This document shows positions 45,510-55,806 of a stretch of DNA of 64,000 nucleotides, in pieces. The notes under the pieces were generated by a model that ran no database searches, was not told the origin of the DNA, and saw only the letters and a program-made list of their open reading frames with translations. The stretch covers positions 183,754 to 247,753 of the forward strand of contig WBUL01000005.1 in NCBI GenBank assembly GCA_008933735.1. The letters are read 5' to 3'. The stretch comes from Anaerolineae bacterium. GTDB lineage: Bacteria > Chloroflexota > Anaerolineae > Aggregatilineales > J027. How positions within the stretch are numbered: the first letter of the stretch is position 1; every line of letters starts with the position of its first letter. The position numbers and the translations under genes are program-made.

Positions 45510-47162
45510 ATGGATGCGAACAACTTTCAGGACGATTATCCCAAAACGCGCCGTCAGGCGCCTGTCACTTCTGTTCATCAGGCCCCCCCGACTGTAGTGA
45601 GCCAGGGAACCGCTCAGTTGGATACCCAGAGCGAGGCGGTGACGGATGTGAGTATGCCCCCTGTCAAAACCGAGCGCTATGGCTACAGCGCCTATGCCCC
45701 CCGGCGGCGATCACAACCGCGCCGACGCCTGTTTGTCGGGGGCTGTCTGGCGGTTGGGGGGGCGTTTCTGGCGTTTGGGGTAGTCGCGCTGATTATCGCG
45801 GCGATTCTGATGCCTCCGATTTACCGAGCCCAGCGACCTGAAATTCAGGAAATCTGGTGCAATCGTGCTGACCGTGTCGGGCTGGGTGGGGTGGTATGTG
45901 ATTGGAAACCTACGCCGCCTTTTGAGTTTTTACCCACGCTTTCCGGCCCGGAAAACACAATCGACCCGATGAGCATCCTGACCCCCGCCAGCGTGACACC
46001 GGATGGAACAACGACCCCTTCTTCCGGAGCTCAAACGACAGAAAGCGGGTTAATACCTACACAGACCCCGCTTCCGACCTTGACGCCAACCTTGCTGCCA
46101 ACTTCTGCACCAACGGCGACTCCAACGCCTGTGCCGACTTCCACTCCGATTCCTGTGCCGGCGTCGTATAAAATCAATAACAGCCGTATCACCTACCAGG
46201 CGCAGTGGTGGAATAACTGTGGCCCAGCCACACTGACGATGACTCTCAGTTACTACGGCTATGCCCAGAATCAGGGACCCGCCGCCAATTACCTCAAACC
46301 GAACAGTGAAGATAAGAATGTCAGCCCTTATCAGATGGTGGCGTATGTGAATGAACAGGCCAGTGCTTCACTCCCTGTACGGGCCCTGTACCGTGTGGGC
46401 GGCGATTCCACGCTGTTAAAAATCCTGCTCTCCCATGAATTCCCCGTCATCGTCGAAAAAGGGTACGAAGTCAATGACCTCGGCTGGATGGGACATTACC
46501 TGCTGTTGATTGGTTATGATGATAACCTGCAAACATTTTATTCCTACGACAGCTACTTAGGCAGCGGCGGCGGGCAGGGACGCCCCGAAGCTTACACGGA
46601 CGTAGATCATTATTGGCGGCAGTTTAACCATGTTTTTATTGTGGTGTATGATCCTGCCCGTGAAGGTGAACTCATGGAGCTGCTCGGCGCGTACAGTGAC
46701 CCGAAGCAGGCCGCGCAGATCGCGCTGGAAGTCGCTCGTGCCGAAGCCGCGGCACGACCAGATGATAATTGGGCCTGGTTTAATCTTGGCAGTGCCTACA
46801 CGATTTTAGGCCAGCACGACCTGGCAGCTCAGGTCTATGACCAGGCGTTTGCGCTGGGAATGCCCTGGCGGACGCTGTGGTATCTGCACACGCCCTATGA
46901 ATCGTATTATGCGGTGGGGCGCTATGATGATGTGCTGGCCCTGGCAAAGTCCGCCGAAAGTACCACCGTGCATGTCGAAGAAACCTTTTTCTACCGGGGT
47001 GGGGTATATGCAGCACAGGGGGATTCTCAGAAAGCAGTGCAGCAGTTTAATCTGGCGCTGACTTATAACCGCAATTTTTATCCTGCTGTCGCTGCCCGTG
47101 ATGCCGTGCAGAACGGCACATTTACGCCGCAGTTGATGTTCAGTGTAGGGCTGGGGCGGTAA
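45510..47162 (+). CDS. Membrane-anchored peptidase C39-like domain protein with C-terminal TPR-like repeats
   Basis: TM helix, P/T linker, then QAQWWNNCGPATLTM (C39-like catalytic Cys context) ...GHYLLLIGYDD. The C-terminus has helical repeats (NLGSAYTILGQHDLAAQVYDQA...). Confidence 0.6.
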   Translation: MDANNFQDDYPKTRRQAPVTSVHQAPPTVVSQGTAQLDTQSEAVTDVSMPPVKTERYGYSAYAPRRRSQPRRRLFVGGCLAVGGAFLAFGVVALIIAAILMPPIYRAQRPEIQEIWCNRADRVGLGGVVCDWKPTPPFEFLPTLSGPENTIDPMSILTPASVTPDGTTTPSSGAQTTESGLIPTQTPLPTLTPTLLPTSAPTATPTPVPTSTPIPVPASYKINNSRITYQAQWWNNCGPATLTMTLSYYGYAQNQGPAANYLKPNSEDKNVSPYQMVAYVNEQASASLPVRALYRVGGDSTLLKILLSHEFPVIVEKGYEVNDLGWMGHYLLLIGYDDNLQTFYSYDSYLGSGGGQGRPEAYTDVDHYWRQFNHVFIVVYDPAREGELMELLGAYSDPKQAAQIALEVARAEAAARPDDNWAWFNLGSAYTILGQHDLAAQVYDQAFALGMPWRTLWYLHTPYESYYAVGRYDDVLALAKSAESTTVHVEETFFYRGGVYAAQGDSQKAVQQFNLALTYNRNFYPAVAARDAVQNGTFTPQLMFSVGLGR

Positions 47163-47181
47163 AAAACGCAGAGCCATGCTT

Positions 47182-49044
47182 TTAAGGCTGTTCTGTCCAG
47201 AGGGTAGCGCCCTGAGGGTGTTCTGGAAGCGGCAAAACCCCATGTTCGACCAGGCTTCCCTGGTTCGAGAAAAATTCTACAAAGCGTGTACCATTGGGGA
47301 TGCCGCCGTGCTCAACGGGCATCGGTTTAGCAGGGCGAGGTGTCTTGCTGCGGTGTGCCACCACGATAATCCGGCCTTCGCTGCTTTCTCGCTGATAGGC
47401 AAAAGTGTCTTCCTCGACCGCAAGCATCTGAAAGCCGCCGCGCTGCAAGATTTTTGAACGACGCCGCAAAGCAATCAGGCGGCGGTGAAAATCCAGCAGT
47501 TCCGTATCCCATTCAGTCTCATCCCAGATCATGCAGCCGCGTGAGCGAAAACGGGGTACGTCTTCCATGCCGATTTCATCGCCGTAATAAATGGATGGCA
47601 CACCAGGGAAGGTCATCAGAATCACAACGGCCAGGCGATGAAGTGCATCATTTCCGCCCAGCACCGAGCGAATCCGTGAGGTGTCGTGGCTGTCCAGCAA
47701 ATTGTACTGCTGCAAGGCAATGGCCCAGGGAATCGCGGCACGCCGGGCACGCCAGGTGGTTTCCAGGGCTGTCGTGGGCCATGCGTGGGGCGACTGGATT
47801 TCCTCCTCCAGTCCAGGTGCGTGCGTTTGGTAACCGCGCAGCCAGTGTTGCAGCGGGATCGACATGCCCATGTAGTTCATCACCCCGTCCAACTGGTCAC
47901 CCTGAAGCTGGACGCTGGCATCAAAGAAATTCTCTCCCATCAGATAGGCATCGGCCCGTGTTTCCTTGACCGCCTGCCGAATGCCCCGTCCGACTTCTAC
48001 CCCTACCTGGGTTTCGCCCTGTCTGCCAAGCATATTCGCCACATCTACCCGCCAGCCGTCCGCCGAGTACGGAGGTTTCAGCCATCGCCGGAATATCGCG
48101 TCCACACCTTCGTAAATACGGCGGCGCAGTTCAGCGCTGCGGTAGTTGAGTTTAGGCAGCGACCAGACCCCTAACCAGGTAGCATAGTCATTGGGATGGT
48201 TGTTAAAGGTGAAAAATTCGGCTTCCTGCGCGTTGGGATTCTGACGTGCATTCTGGAACCAGTGGCTGTAATACCCGCAGTGATTCGGTACGATGTCCAC
48301 GATATAGCGCATGTTGCGCTCATTGAGTGCCTGCCGTAGCTGAATCAAAGCGTCGTTTCCGCCGAGATGAGGATCAACCGATTCGTAATCCACCACATCA
48401 TATTTGTGATTGGTGTAGGCAGTAAAAATCGGATTCAAATACAGGGCAGTCACTCCAAGCATTTCCAGGTAATCAAGGCGCTGGACGATACCTGGCAAAT
48501 CTCCACCATAAAACACGAGGTGAAAGGATTGGCTATCCGGGGCGGCTGTGCCCCAGGGATACGTCGTGGGGTGTTTTCCTCGAAATTCATACTCATGTGG
48601 CTGCGGGTCGTTGGAGGGGTCGCCGTTGGCGAAGGTATCCGGGAAGATTTGGTAAAACACTGTCTCTTGCAGCCAGGCCGGAGAGTTGTAATCTGCCAGA
48701 ATGCGAAAATCGGTATTGTCTAGCGGTTCGTGATTGGTCGGGCCTGCTGCTGTATACCACCAGATACCGTCTTCCGCCTCCACCAGAAAGCGGTAATGGA
48801 CAGTGGGCTCATTGATATGCAGATCAACTTCCCACCACTGTACAGGCGATTCACGCTGTGCCTTTTTCATCGGGACAATGAACTGCTCGCCATCGGGGAA
48901 AATCCGCAAAAACAGACGCTTGACGGGGGCATTTTCACCAGCCCGCAGCCGTACCTGGATGGTTTCTCTCAAACGCGGGTACAGGTTGGACACGTATTTT
49001 TCTGAGCCGTCGTGATGCAGCGTGTTTAACCAGGCGGGAAGCAT
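47182..49044 (-). CDS. GH13 alpha-amylase family enzyme (neopullulanase/maltodextrin glucosidase-like)
   Basis: GH13 regions I-IV: YIVDIVPNHCG, DGWRVDVANM, YLMGENF and LLDSHDTSR. An N-terminal beta-sandwich domain is also present. Confidence 0.85.
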   Translation of the reverse strand: MLPAWLNTLHHDGSEKYVSNLYPRLRETIQVRLRAGENAPVKRLFLRIFPDGEQFIVPMKKAQRESPVQWWEVDLHINEPTVHYRFLVEAEDGIWWYTAAGPTNHEPLDNTDFRILADYNSPAWLQETVFYQIFPDTFANGDPSNDPQPHEYEFRGKHPTTYPWGTAAPDSQSFHLVFYGGDLPGIVQRLDYLEMLGVTALYLNPIFTAYTNHKYDVVDYESVDPHLGGNDALIQLRQALNERNMRYIVDIVPNHCGYYSHWFQNARQNPNAQEAEFFTFNNHPNDYATWLGVWSLPKLNYRSAELRRRIYEGVDAIFRRWLKPPYSADGWRVDVANMLGRQGETQVGVEVGRGIRQAVKETRADAYLMGENFFDASVQLQGDQLDGVMNYMGMSIPLQHWLRGYQTHAPGLEEEIQSPHAWPTTALETTWRARRAAIPWAIALQQYNLLDSHDTSRIRSVLGGNDALHRLAVVILMTFPGVPSIYYGDEIGMEDVPRFRSRGCMIWDETEWDTELLDFHRRLIALRRRSKILQRGGFQMLAVEEDTFAYQRESSEGRIIVVAHRSKTPRPAKPMPVEHGGIPNGTRFVEFFSNQGSLVEHGVLPLPEHPQGATLWTEQP

Positions 49045-49279
49045 GGCCTGTCCTTTTCTAAACCGTTTTAGCTAATTGTGGACTTCTTGCCAGGAACTTT
49101 CAAGGGCCATACAAAAAAGGATGGGCCTCAGCAGTATCTCCCCCCATCTTCCCCTCCGATACCCCGGACCCACCCTTGACCCCATGAGAACAGGCAGCAC
49201 ACCTATCCCCAAGGTCAGCAAACCCGATGATGAGACTCAGCGCTTCATCTTATCACGGAGCGGTTAAATGGGGAATTCA

Positions 49280-49747
49280 CTACTTTGTATTTACGCTGAC
49301 GTAGTATTTGTCGCGTCCAACAAGGTCAACCGGCGCCAGGGGAGGCTCAGAGACACTTATCGGGGGCAAATCCAGATGATTTCGCACAAATTCAATTTCA
49401 TCAAAAGTGTAGGCGGTCACCAGCAGCACGCCATCAAGATAGACCGGGAGATTTTCGAAGATGGTTTTCCAGCGTTCCGGATACTTGTTCACGTCGGGAT
49501 GGCGGACCAAAATCAGGCCAAACTTGCAGGCAAAAGGTAAATGGACGGCGTCTGCCTGAACGAGCCAGGTGGAATTTTTTTTCAGGCGCACAATATCCAG
49601 CCCGATAACAGCCCAACCCGGAAGCAGCTTCCGCAGGGCAGGTGCTTCGACAAAAGCACCGCACCCGATATTGAGAAGGCGCGGCGATTGCTGTGAAATA
49701 GGAAGTCGGCGGATGATACTGACAAGCCGAGCGTTACTGTTGAGCAT
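49280..49747 (-). CDS. Small class I SAM-dependent methyltransferase-like protein
   Basis: LLNIGCGAFVE (motif I-like), IGLDI, QADAVHLPF. Confidence 0.45.
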   Translation of the reverse strand: MLNSNARLVSIIRRLPISQQSPRLLNIGCGAFVEAPALRKLLPGWAVIGLDIVRLKKNSTWLVQADAVHLPFACKFGLILVRHPDVNKYPERWKTIFENLPVYLDGVLLVTAYTFDEIEFVRNHLDLPPISVSEPPLAPVDLVGRDKYYVSVNTK

Positions 49748-50489
49748 CGCGTAAACGGCGTGCCATCAGGTCTAAAGCCGGAAAATCACCCTCTGCTAAC
49801 TTTTCTATAACTCTCTCAACATCATAATTCACGCGCCGCAAATCGACCTGCACCTTGCCGCTGTCAAAAGTCAGGATGGCATAGGCCGCACGCGGGTCAC
49901 CATCAAACGGAAAGCCGATGCTGCCAGGATTGACCATCCGCCATCCCCCGCTCACCACACGATCCATTGCCTGATGGGTATGCCCCCCCACCGCCAGACT
50001 GCCTTCCCGGTCAAGCAGAGCATCACAGATTTCATGTTCAGGGGTATCGGGCAGCAAAATCGCTTCATCATCGCCAGGAATGGCATGAAAACCGACGACC
50101 CATCCGAAATCATCCACCTCCAGCGCGAGATCAGTTCCCAACTCCTGAAGGTACTTCATGTCCTCCCACGTCAGCCGTTCCAGCGTCCATGTGAACATGG
50201 CATCACGCTCGCGGGTTTTTGAGGCAGCGCTCGGCCAGTTTTCCTCAGTAAACTGGGGCGTGCGCGGGCGGACACCCGTGCTGAGATAACGGTCGGTGTT
50301 GCCCTGAATGACCTTTGCCTCTTTGAGTTCTCGCACCGTTTGAATGCAGGCGGACGGTTCAGGCCCAAACGCTGCTAAATCACCCAGCACCCAGAGATGA
50401 TCTGCGCCGCCTGCTGTGCCCAGGTCGGCTAACACAGCCTTGAGCGCCTCTAGGTTGCCGTGAATATCGGACAGTACCGCTAAACGCAT
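49734..50489 (-). CDS. Metallophosphoesterase (YfcE/MJ0936-like)
   Basis: LAVLSDIHGN, VLGDLAAFGP, QGNTDRY and GGHTH motifs. Confidence 0.8.
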   Translation of the reverse strand: MRLAVLSDIHGNLEALKAVLADLGTAGGADHLWVLGDLAAFGPEPSACIQTVRELKEAKVIQGNTDRYLSTGVRPRTPQFTEENWPSAASKTRERDAMFTWTLERLTWEDMKYLQELGTDLALEVDDFGWVVGFHAIPGDDEAILLPDTPEHEICDALLDREGSLAVGGHTHQAMDRVVSGGWRMVNPGSIGFPFDGDPRAAYAILTFDSGKVQVDLRRVNYDVERVIEKLAEGDFPALDLMARRLRDAQQ

Positions 50490-50512
50490 GGTGTTTCTTC
50501 CCCCTTTACTGC

Positions 50513-51166
50513 CTACCCAAACTGAATCAGGTGTGCCAGATCAATGCTGTGTGATTTTTCGCGGCTGACGGTGGTGGTTGGGCCATGACCGGGGCAGAGC
50601 ATAAAATCATCCCCCAGCGTTAAGATTTGCTCGACAATACTTTTTTTCAGGGTTGCGGTGTCCGCGCCGGGTAAATCGGTACGCCCAATGCCGTTGTTAA
50701 AAATGCAGTCTCCAACAAAGGCGACTTTGTACTCCGGCATAACAAAGGTGATGTGCCCTGGTGAATGCCCCGGCGTGAAACGCACTTCGAACCGCAGCAA
50801 TCCCAATTGGAGTTTGTCGCCATGTTCTAAAAAGCCGTCCGGTGTCGCCGCTTCATCCGGAACCTGGATACCAAACAACCTCGCCCGCTGGGCCATTTCC
50901 CTGAGCTGTGTCACTTCGTTTTCGTGAATCCGGAGAGGAACGTTCAAAGCATCTTTAACGGGTTTGCTGGCAATTACATGGTCAAAATGAGCGTGGGTTA
51001 TCAAAATCTCGTGGACGTGATAGTCATGCTCTGTGACTTTTTCCAGAATAACCTCAGCGTCCGCTGCCGGGTCAATAATTACTGCATCCCGTGATTCTGA
51101 GTCACCCACGATGTAACAGTTGGTTTGTAGAGCGCCGAGCGGCAGTTGAGAAATTCGCAAAGACAT
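50513..51166 (-). CDS. MBL-fold metallo-hydrolase (glyoxalase II-like)
   Basis: ITHAHFDHV (HxHxDH), TPGHSPGH, GD...F, PGHG. Confidence 0.85.
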   Translation of the reverse strand: MSLRISQLPLGALQTNCYIVGDSESRDAVIIDPAADAEVILEKVTEHDYHVHEILITHAHFDHVIASKPVKDALNVPLRIHENEVTQLREMAQRARLFGIQVPDEAATPDGFLEHGDKLQLGLLRFEVRFTPGHSPGHITFVMPEYKVAFVGDCIFNNGIGRTDLPGADTATLKKSIVEQILTLGDDFMLCPGHGPTTTVSREKSHSIDLAHLIQFG

Positions 51167-51610
51167 CTAATTTCCTTCCGGGGTTGAAGTCGTTTCCGTT
51201 TGAATGTCGCAAATTTGCCACACGCCATCCCGCGCTTCCATCAGCAGCAGAATCGGGCCAGAGGCCGTGGTGTCATACACATCAACCAGATCGCCTAACC
51301 AGATCGCGTACTCGCCGGTCATACGAACGTAGAGATAGTCTTCGCGCAGTTTGCCAGAAACTTCGAAGCTGGCCTGTGATAAATCGACTTTCCCACCTTT
51401 TTCCGCCGCTTCGTCCGCGATTTGTGCCCGCAGACTGAGGATAATCTCCTGGCAAAAATATCGGTTCAGCCCATTCAAATCGCCTTTGTACAGGGCTTCC
51501 AGGCCTGCCTTTGCATTGGGAAGCGGATCACCTGCTTTGTCAGCCTCGGACTGGTCGCTGCACGCGGCGGCCAGCATCAGTACCAGCGTCAGCACCCATA
51601 CATGCCGCAT
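51167..51610 (-). CDS. Lipoprotein, hypothetical
   Basis: Signal peptide with lipobox LAAAC. The start overlaps the upstream stop. Confidence 0.5.
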   Translation of the reverse strand: MRHVWVLTLVLMLAAACSDQSEADKAGDPLPNAKAGLEALYKGDLNGLNRYFCQEIILSLRAQIADEAAEKGGKVDLSQASFEVSGKLREDYLYVRMTGEYAIWLGDLVDVYDTTASGPILLLMEARDGVWQICDIQTETTSTPEGN

Positions 51611-52734
51611 TAATTGGGTTCCTCCGTTGCTTCCATTTCAGCAAGCTGCCCCTGGGTAAGCTGGCACCATTTCCAGCGATTATCCTCATAAACGAGACGC
51701 GCTGATGAACCAAAGGTTGAGGCGACAGAGGTCACCTGCCCATCACCGAATAGAATAATGGTCTGTTCAAGGTTAAGGACGCTGGCTTCGTTCGGATTTT
51801 CTGCCGAAACAACGAAAAATTCCGGGGGGACACGAATATCGGCAACATCTCGTCCGATGTTGATTTCAGCAGGTTCACGAAGAAGCGTCCGGTATTCGCG
51901 GCAGGTATAGCGGTCAAGGTCTTCAGTAGCATAGCGGTAAAAGCCCGTCAGGAAATTCGTTGCGCTGCGTTCACCTTCCCGGTAGCTCCCGCAGAACTTC
52001 CAGCCGTTTTCTCTTATCAGGATGGGATTTGGGAAGTCATCCCGATCCTGAAGGGCAACCACCGCGCCATCATCCCGATTCACTTTGAACGCGCCAAATG
52101 TATTGATTTTCAACGCATATCCGACCGGTTCTGCGCCGCTGATTCCCCATTCGTTGTTTTCAGAGAGGGTAAATTGTCCAAACTTTTCCAGCGAGATCTG
52201 TGCCAGGTCTAAAATTTTCTGGGCGCATACCAGATTTTGGAAAACACTGGTATCTCCCGTGTAAAAAGCCTCATAAAAATTGATTGCTACTTCGAAGGCG
52301 GCATCTTCCGTTAACCCTGTATCTGCTGCGCTGATAATCTCTACTGGCGGGCTGGGCGGGCAGATTTTCCAGGTGCCCTCGTTCGTCATCCGTATGGGTT
52401 CGGCGGGCAGTTGGATAATTGCGCCAGTGGTGTTGGTCACGCTGCCAGAAATCGACACCAACGCTTCAGTTTCACTCATCATTTCGCTGGTGAACGTTAA
52501 TCCGGATATGTCTACTGGAATGCCACCTCGCGCCGTTGTCAGTGCCTGATATTCCAGTTCGGTGAAAGTTGCATCCAGGCAGAGGTAAGACGCCGCCTGC
52601 CCATAAGAATCCGGAGGCGCATTTAACACGGCATCATAGAAAGCTCTGGCGGCTTCCTCAGGGGGGGGCTGCTGTGCCTGCCCATGCATTGCACTCACAG
52701 CGATAATCAGCAGCACTAACAGACGTTTTATCAT
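51610..52734 (-). CDS. Secreted hypothetical protein
   Basis: 374 aa with signal peptide MIKRLLVLLIIAVSAMHGQAQ. No motif recognised. Confidence 0.5.
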   Translation of the reverse strand: MIKRLLVLLIIAVSAMHGQAQQPPPEEAARAFYDAVLNAPPDSYGQAASYLCLDATFTELEYQALTTARGGIPVDISGLTFTSEMMSETEALVSISGSVTNTTGAIIQLPAEPIRMTNEGTWKICPPSPPVEIISAADTGLTEDAAFEVAINFYEAFYTGDTSVFQNLVCAQKILDLAQISLEKFGQFTLSENNEWGISGAEPVGYALKINTFGAFKVNRDDGAVVALQDRDDFPNPILIRENGWKFCGSYREGERSATNFLTGFYRYATEDLDRYTCREYRTLLREPAEINIGRDVADIRVPPEFFVVSAENPNEASVLNLEQTIILFGDGQVTSVASTFGSSARLVYEDNRWKWCQLTQGQLAEMEATEEPN

Positions 52735-52829
52735 GGGATAATCTCCCTTTTAGACCGAGAGCGTCACGATGAGGATTATAAATGCTTGCCCCAATCCGTG
52801 CTAACTGTTTTGGATCAGCAGCATCTTTC

Positions 52830-54158
52830 CTAATTCTGCCACGTGCCTGTCGGAGTTGGCGTCCAGGTCTGGGATGGCGTCGGGCTGCCGTACCATTCCG
52901 CGAATTGGGTTTGTGTGGCGGCAGGAACAGAGGTTAAATGCTCGCTCTGTACAACCGCCGTTGCCTCGGCATCGATGTACTCTTCACGCACAGTTACGCT
53001 GAACAGGGGTTCGGTGTTGACGATGTAGAATTTACGCACAATCTCAAACCACGTTTGCCCCGGACGCAGCATAATTGGCGTTTTATCCTCATCCATATAG
53101 CGGATGTACACCCCGCCCCGGTCACGGTTGCGGAACCATTCTCCCTTGTACCATCGTCCGTCGCGGAACACCCACGCGCCGCCTGTCCCCCATAGTTGAT
53201 GTTCCAATGCAATACCCCCGATTTCACTTTCGTACACATCCGGGCGATCAACATGCCAGACTTCAAGAATCACCACGTTGTCCGTCGTGATTTGCTCACC
53301 GGTGGCGGCGTCGATGTGCGGCAGGCCGCTGTCCCAGCGATAGTATTTGTTATCTTCAGGGTTATACTGCCAGCGTGTCAGAGAACGGTCGCTGTACCAG
53401 TCAATTTCAATGTCATTTGCCAGTTCGCCGCCGGGGTCGGGAGTTTCGTTAAAAGCCAACCCTGTTGCAATCATCCCCTCATTAACCTGACGGCGTTCGG
53501 CCTCTTGCCAGATTGCCACTGTGTTGGCAAACAGGGTATGTTCGAAGGGGCGGCTGTCCCAGCGAATACGGCAGAACGAGGGACAGTTTACCCCAATCTG
53601 AGGGCTTAAGGCTCGCCATTTCCAGTCGGATGCCAGAATAAATTCTCGAATCCAGTCATTCGAGCCGCTGTATCCGAGCAGCGCGTTATAGGCATTGACC
53701 AACTCCAGATCCATCAGGCGGGCAGACCGAATGCTGCCGACCATTTCTGGCGCATGGCTGCGATAAAACGCGGCGAAACGGCTCACACCACCTTCAACTT
53801 CATATTCGTACACAATATCCGCGAAGCTCAACCCGTACTGCGGGCGTACTACTTCAGGGAAATTGCTTATTTTCAAAATTAAGGTGCGGCGGTGGCGGGC
53901 TTCTTCGTTGGGATAGGGAAGTCCGGTAAGTGGATTGATATTGTCGGGAAATTCACGCGGCCCGATGGTCGTCGGGGTGATCGTCGCCGTAGGCGATGCA
54001 GTGGCTTCTGCTGGTGTTCCGCGTGGGGTGTTGGTCGGAATGAAGGTTGGTGTTTCCTGCTGCGCTGTGCCGGTGTGCGCGGTAAAGACTAACCCAACGG
54101 CGATGAGCATCAACAGGCCGAACGAAACGAACAAACGCTGCCGCATAATCTTCCTCAT
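52830..54158 (-). CDS. DUF3048 domain protein (YerB-like)
   Basis: TM/signal segment, P/T linker, then RRTLILKISNFPEVVRPQYGLSFADIVYEYEVEGGVSRFAAFY, characteristic of DUF3048. The ORF opens at 54200. Starts at 54158 or 54146 are more plausible. Confidence 0.65.
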   Translation of the reverse strand: MRKIMRQRLFVSFGLLMLIAVGLVFTAHTGTAQQETPTFIPTNTPRGTPAEATASPTATITPTTIGPREFPDNINPLTGLPYPNEEARHRRTLILKISNFPEVVRPQYGLSFADIVYEYEVEGGVSRFAAFYRSHAPEMVGSIRSARLMDLELVNAYNALLGYSGSNDWIREFILASDWKWRALSPQIGVNCPSFCRIRWDSRPFEHTLFANTVAIWQEAERRQVNEGMIATGLAFNETPDPGGELANDIEIDWYSDRSLTRWQYNPEDNKYYRWDSGLPHIDAATGEQITTDNVVILEVWHVDRPDVYESEIGGIALEHQLWGTGGAWVFRDGRWYKGEWFRNRDRGGVYIRYMDEDKTPIMLRPGQTWFEIVRKFYIVNTEPLFSVTVREEYIDAEATAVVQSEHLTSVPAATQTQFAEWYGSPTPSQTWTPTPTGTWQN

Positions 54159-54229
54159 CCAGAATGCGGCAGATAATTTTACTGGAATCGCTGCTGGCAA
54201 AAACAGACCGTAGGAGATTCGGTGGGTTC

Positions 54230-55162
54230 TTAGGAGGATAAAATAGCCTGTGCCATTATGCGTTCTTCCTGAGAATTGACCTGTACGAAAATTTCATGTG
54301 CTTCTTCCGCCCACTTCCGGGCGTGATCTACACTGCCGTGCCGCAGTTGGTAGCGTGCTTCCTCCATGCAGACTCGCGCACGTGTCACCGCCAGTCGTTC
54401 CGTACTCAGCGCTTCTCGACCCTGAGTATAATAGTGGGCGAGGGGGTAGGCACTGTGGGGGTCTTTTTCGGCAATATGTGCCTGGACAAAAGAAGTCCGA
54501 GCGATAATGACCGCGTCTCTTGTGCCGCTGGCATATTCAAACGCCAGGTTGACCAGGGGCCAGGCAAGGTCAATCTGTTGGCGATGAAGATAAATCTCGG
54601 CCAGGATAAATTTAGCGACCGCATACGAGGTCGTTGAGGCCGCCGTATCTTCGCCGATAATGTCAAGGCAGGTCAGGGCACTGTGTTCTGCCTGCTCATA
54701 GTTTTCCATAGCAAAAAAGGTGGAAGCCATATTACTCTGTAAGTAAGCTTTTACCCGCTTGATATTGTAATCGTCAGAAGCACCTGCCTCGGCAATACGG
54801 AAACCCCGTTTGCAGTATTCAAGCGATTCGGCATCTCTTCCGGTAAGACGCAAATAGTGCGCCAGATTATTCATGCATCGTGCCATACCAAAGTGGTAAT
54901 TCTGGCTCTGATATGTTTGAAAAGCCTTCAGGAGATAGTCTTCTCCTGTGCGGTTATGCCCGTACAGCCAATAAACGATGCCGAGAGTCATATACACCTG
55001 AGCGATAAGCTGATAATCCTGGAAATGCTCAGCGATGGGGATATACCTGAGTAGGGCCTTGGTATCAGTTTCCAGATGTACCTCGCCTCGCAGCGAACGG
55101 TCAAAGATTTCCTGGGTAATTTTGTAGATCATTCGGATTGTGGGGTTTTGTTCTTGGGTCAT
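54230..55162 (-). CDS. TPR-like helical repeat protein, hypothetical
   Basis: 310 aa, all-helical, with repeated A/Y/L patterns (LGIVYWLYGHNRTGEDYLLKAFQTY, CMNNLAHYLRLTGRDAESLEY...). Confidence 0.4.
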   Translation of the reverse strand: MTQEQNPTIRMIYKITQEIFDRSLRGEVHLETDTKALLRYIPIAEHFQDYQLIAQVYMTLGIVYWLYGHNRTGEDYLLKAFQTYQSQNYHFGMARCMNNLAHYLRLTGRDAESLEYCKRGFRIAEAGASDDYNIKRVKAYLQSNMASTFFAMENYEQAEHSALTCLDIIGEDTAASTTSYAVAKFILAEIYLHRQQIDLAWPLVNLAFEYASGTRDAVIIARTSFVQAHIAEKDPHSAYPLAHYYTQGREALSTERLAVTRARVCMEEARYQLRHGSVDHARKWAEEAHEIFVQVNSQEERIMAQAILSS

Positions 55163-55236
55163 TTCAGGCCATTTATCCCTGCTTGTCGTTTAATAGATAC
55201 CATCTGAGTCCACGTTACAGGTGGATTTTGTGAGGA

Positions 55237-55806
55237 ATGGCAACTAAAATCGGGTTTATGAGCATGTTACCTCCCCACCCCAAATGGGTAAATTCCAAGT
55301 TTATCGTGGTGCTGTTGTGGGCGATTTCGCGCTTTAACGACCAACTTCCGTTTCGGGTAATTTTAATGCCATTTGTCCGCATCACGCCAAAATTGTTCGT
55401 TGGCCCTCAATTGACGCGGCGGGGCTGGCTGGCTCTCAAAAAGCATGGTGTGACCGGCATCGTAAATTTGCGTGTCGAATTGGATGACCGCGAAAGAGGC
55501 ATCCAGCCCGATCATTATCTCTGGCTGCCAACCATTGACCATACCTCGCCAACAGTGGAGCAGCTCATTGAGGCCGCCCGGTTTGTCAAAGCGCGGATTG
55601 ATGCGGGCGAAGGAGTATACATCCACTGTGCAGCCGGGGTGGGGCGTGCGCCTCTGGTCGCCGCAGCCTATCTGGTCTCAGAAGGCATGAGTGTTGAACA
55701 GGCACGTGCATTCCTGCGCCAGCGGCGCCCCTTTATCAATCAGTCAGAAAGCCAAAAACAGCGATTAATTCAATTCGCGGAGGCGATTGCGGCAGATGTC
55801 CGGTAA
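55237..55806 (+). CDS. Dual-specificity (Cys-based) protein phosphatase
   Basis: Active-site CX5R loop VYIHCAAGVGRAP. The true start may be an internal Met. Confidence 0.7.
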   Translation: MATKIGFMSMLPPHPKWVNSKFIVVLLWAISRFNDQLPFRVILMPFVRITPKLFVGPQLTRRGWLALKKHGVTGIVNLRVELDDRERGIQPDHYLWLPTIDHTSPTVEQLIEAARFVKARIDAGEGVYIHCAAGVGRAPLVAAAYLVSEGMSVEQARAFLRQRRPFINQSESQKQRLIQFAEAIAADVR